From Cenococcum geophilum (lineage: Eukaryota), in assembly GCA_050273025.1 (NCBI GenBank), contig CP158635.1, forward strand, positions 24,242,001 to 24,306,000: DNA of 64,000 nt, given 5' to 3'. The position numbers and the translations under genes were made by a program. The notes below the pieces were generated by a model, which saw nothing but the letters and a program-made list of their open reading frames with translations, did no database searches and had not been told where the DNA came from. Shown one piece after another: positions 63,230-64,000 of the stretch; the first letter of the stretch is position 1, and each line of letters opens with the position of its first letter.

Positions 63230-63837
63230 TAAAGAATAAGTTACCTAAGGGGGACCTAAGAAGAGCAGTTGCCGAACTACTTAGATCTATTTCCTTCTCT
63301 ATTAAAAGAGAGTCCGTTCTTTTATTACTAAGTTCCTATAAACCCTATTTTATAAGTTTTTACTCCTTAAAACGAACCTTTTTACGCACCTTTTTAAGAC
63401 GGATTAGTTGAGCGGACGCCGCTAGACGAGACTTAAGGGCCTATTACTAAGCATCGGCAGCCTCCTATTTAGCGTTCTAAGAACGGCGTAATTTAGTAAG
63501 AGTAATAGACAGTTTATTATCTAGCTAAGTAGCAGTAGATTAAATATAAGACCCTAAGATAAATTAATTAGGGAACCAGACGACTATTAAGAGTAATAGG
63601 TCGCGTATATTTAGCATTAGAGACAGAGCAAACGTCACAAGACGAATAAATATTCGCTTTAGTGCACTCTAAGTAAAAGAACGGTTATCGCGAAGATAGG
63701 TTCGCCAACATAATATAGACTAACCCCTCTTTCAAATAGCGAGAACACGGAGATGGTATAATCTTACTAAAAGACAATATTATAGTAATAGTGCAAGTAT
63801 AACGGACAGTTAAAGAAGAAGAAATTGCTTTAGGTAT
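63230..63837 (-). pseudogene. Antisense Cys6 + coiled-coil gene of element G
   Basis: Minus frame PSPCSRYLKEGLVYIMLANLSSR*PFFYLECTKANIYSSCDV, a probable intron (~63610-63555), then ALKSRLAASAQLIRLKKVRKKVRFKE*KLIK*GL*EL. Lies between the pol stop and the PPT; the end coordinate is approximate. Confidence 0.75.
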
Positions 63838-64000
63838 AATAAGCAATAATATTAACCAAATTAATTAGATAGACATTATACCTCTAATAAATAACTTAGA
63901 GATATTAGGAATCTTTAAGGATGAAGATAAAAAGGAGGGAGATAGTGTTATGGACGCTTTAAGTACAATATTATAACTACTTAGAGAGGAGTTGGAAGAA

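Larger units (their letters stand above)
55898..64000 (+). mobile_element. Gypsy chromovirus G, nearly complete (3' LTR runs off the window)
   Basis: 5' LTR 55898-56321; 3' LTR starts at 63946 after PPT AAAAAGGAGGGAGATAG; gag ATG 56367; protease LIDSGA ~59945; RT ~60400-61100; integrase; chromodomain ~63050-63190. Confidence 0.93.

Overview
Filamentous-ascomycete-type genomic DNA made almost entirely of nested transposable elements degraded by RIP (repeat-induced point mutation; TpA-rich, with in-frame TAA/TAG where CAA/CAG/TGG are expected). Only one host gene looks intact: a 3-exon alpha/beta-hydrolase (13475-12018, minus). It sits in a ~3 kb un-RIPed island with a truncated HET-6-like relic. 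Left block: a Copia (GalEa-like) element inside a Gypsy chromovirus (H), inside another Gypsy (G0) that also hosts a complete hAT transposon with an extra antisense DUF3716-like gene. Right block: a Crypton-like element (GCR1_C domain) is the outermost host of a stack up to six levels deep. The stack holds Gypsy copies B1, C, D, E, F, B2 and G, a full Copia, a piggyBac-like transposon, two MITEs and two solo LTRs; ends were fixed by eye from LTR/TIR pairs and target-site duplications (TSDs). Most notable: (1) a ~70-bp palindromic cassette in the 3' UTR of four distinct Gypsy families and a Copia, plus two more shared modules; (2) a spliced antisense Cys6 + coiled-coil gene in Gypsy family E/G, which lacks that cassette; (3) a piggyBac-like element with an apparent 2-bp AT duplication. 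Family letters are my own labels, 'de-RIPed' translations are inference, and no database searches were run.
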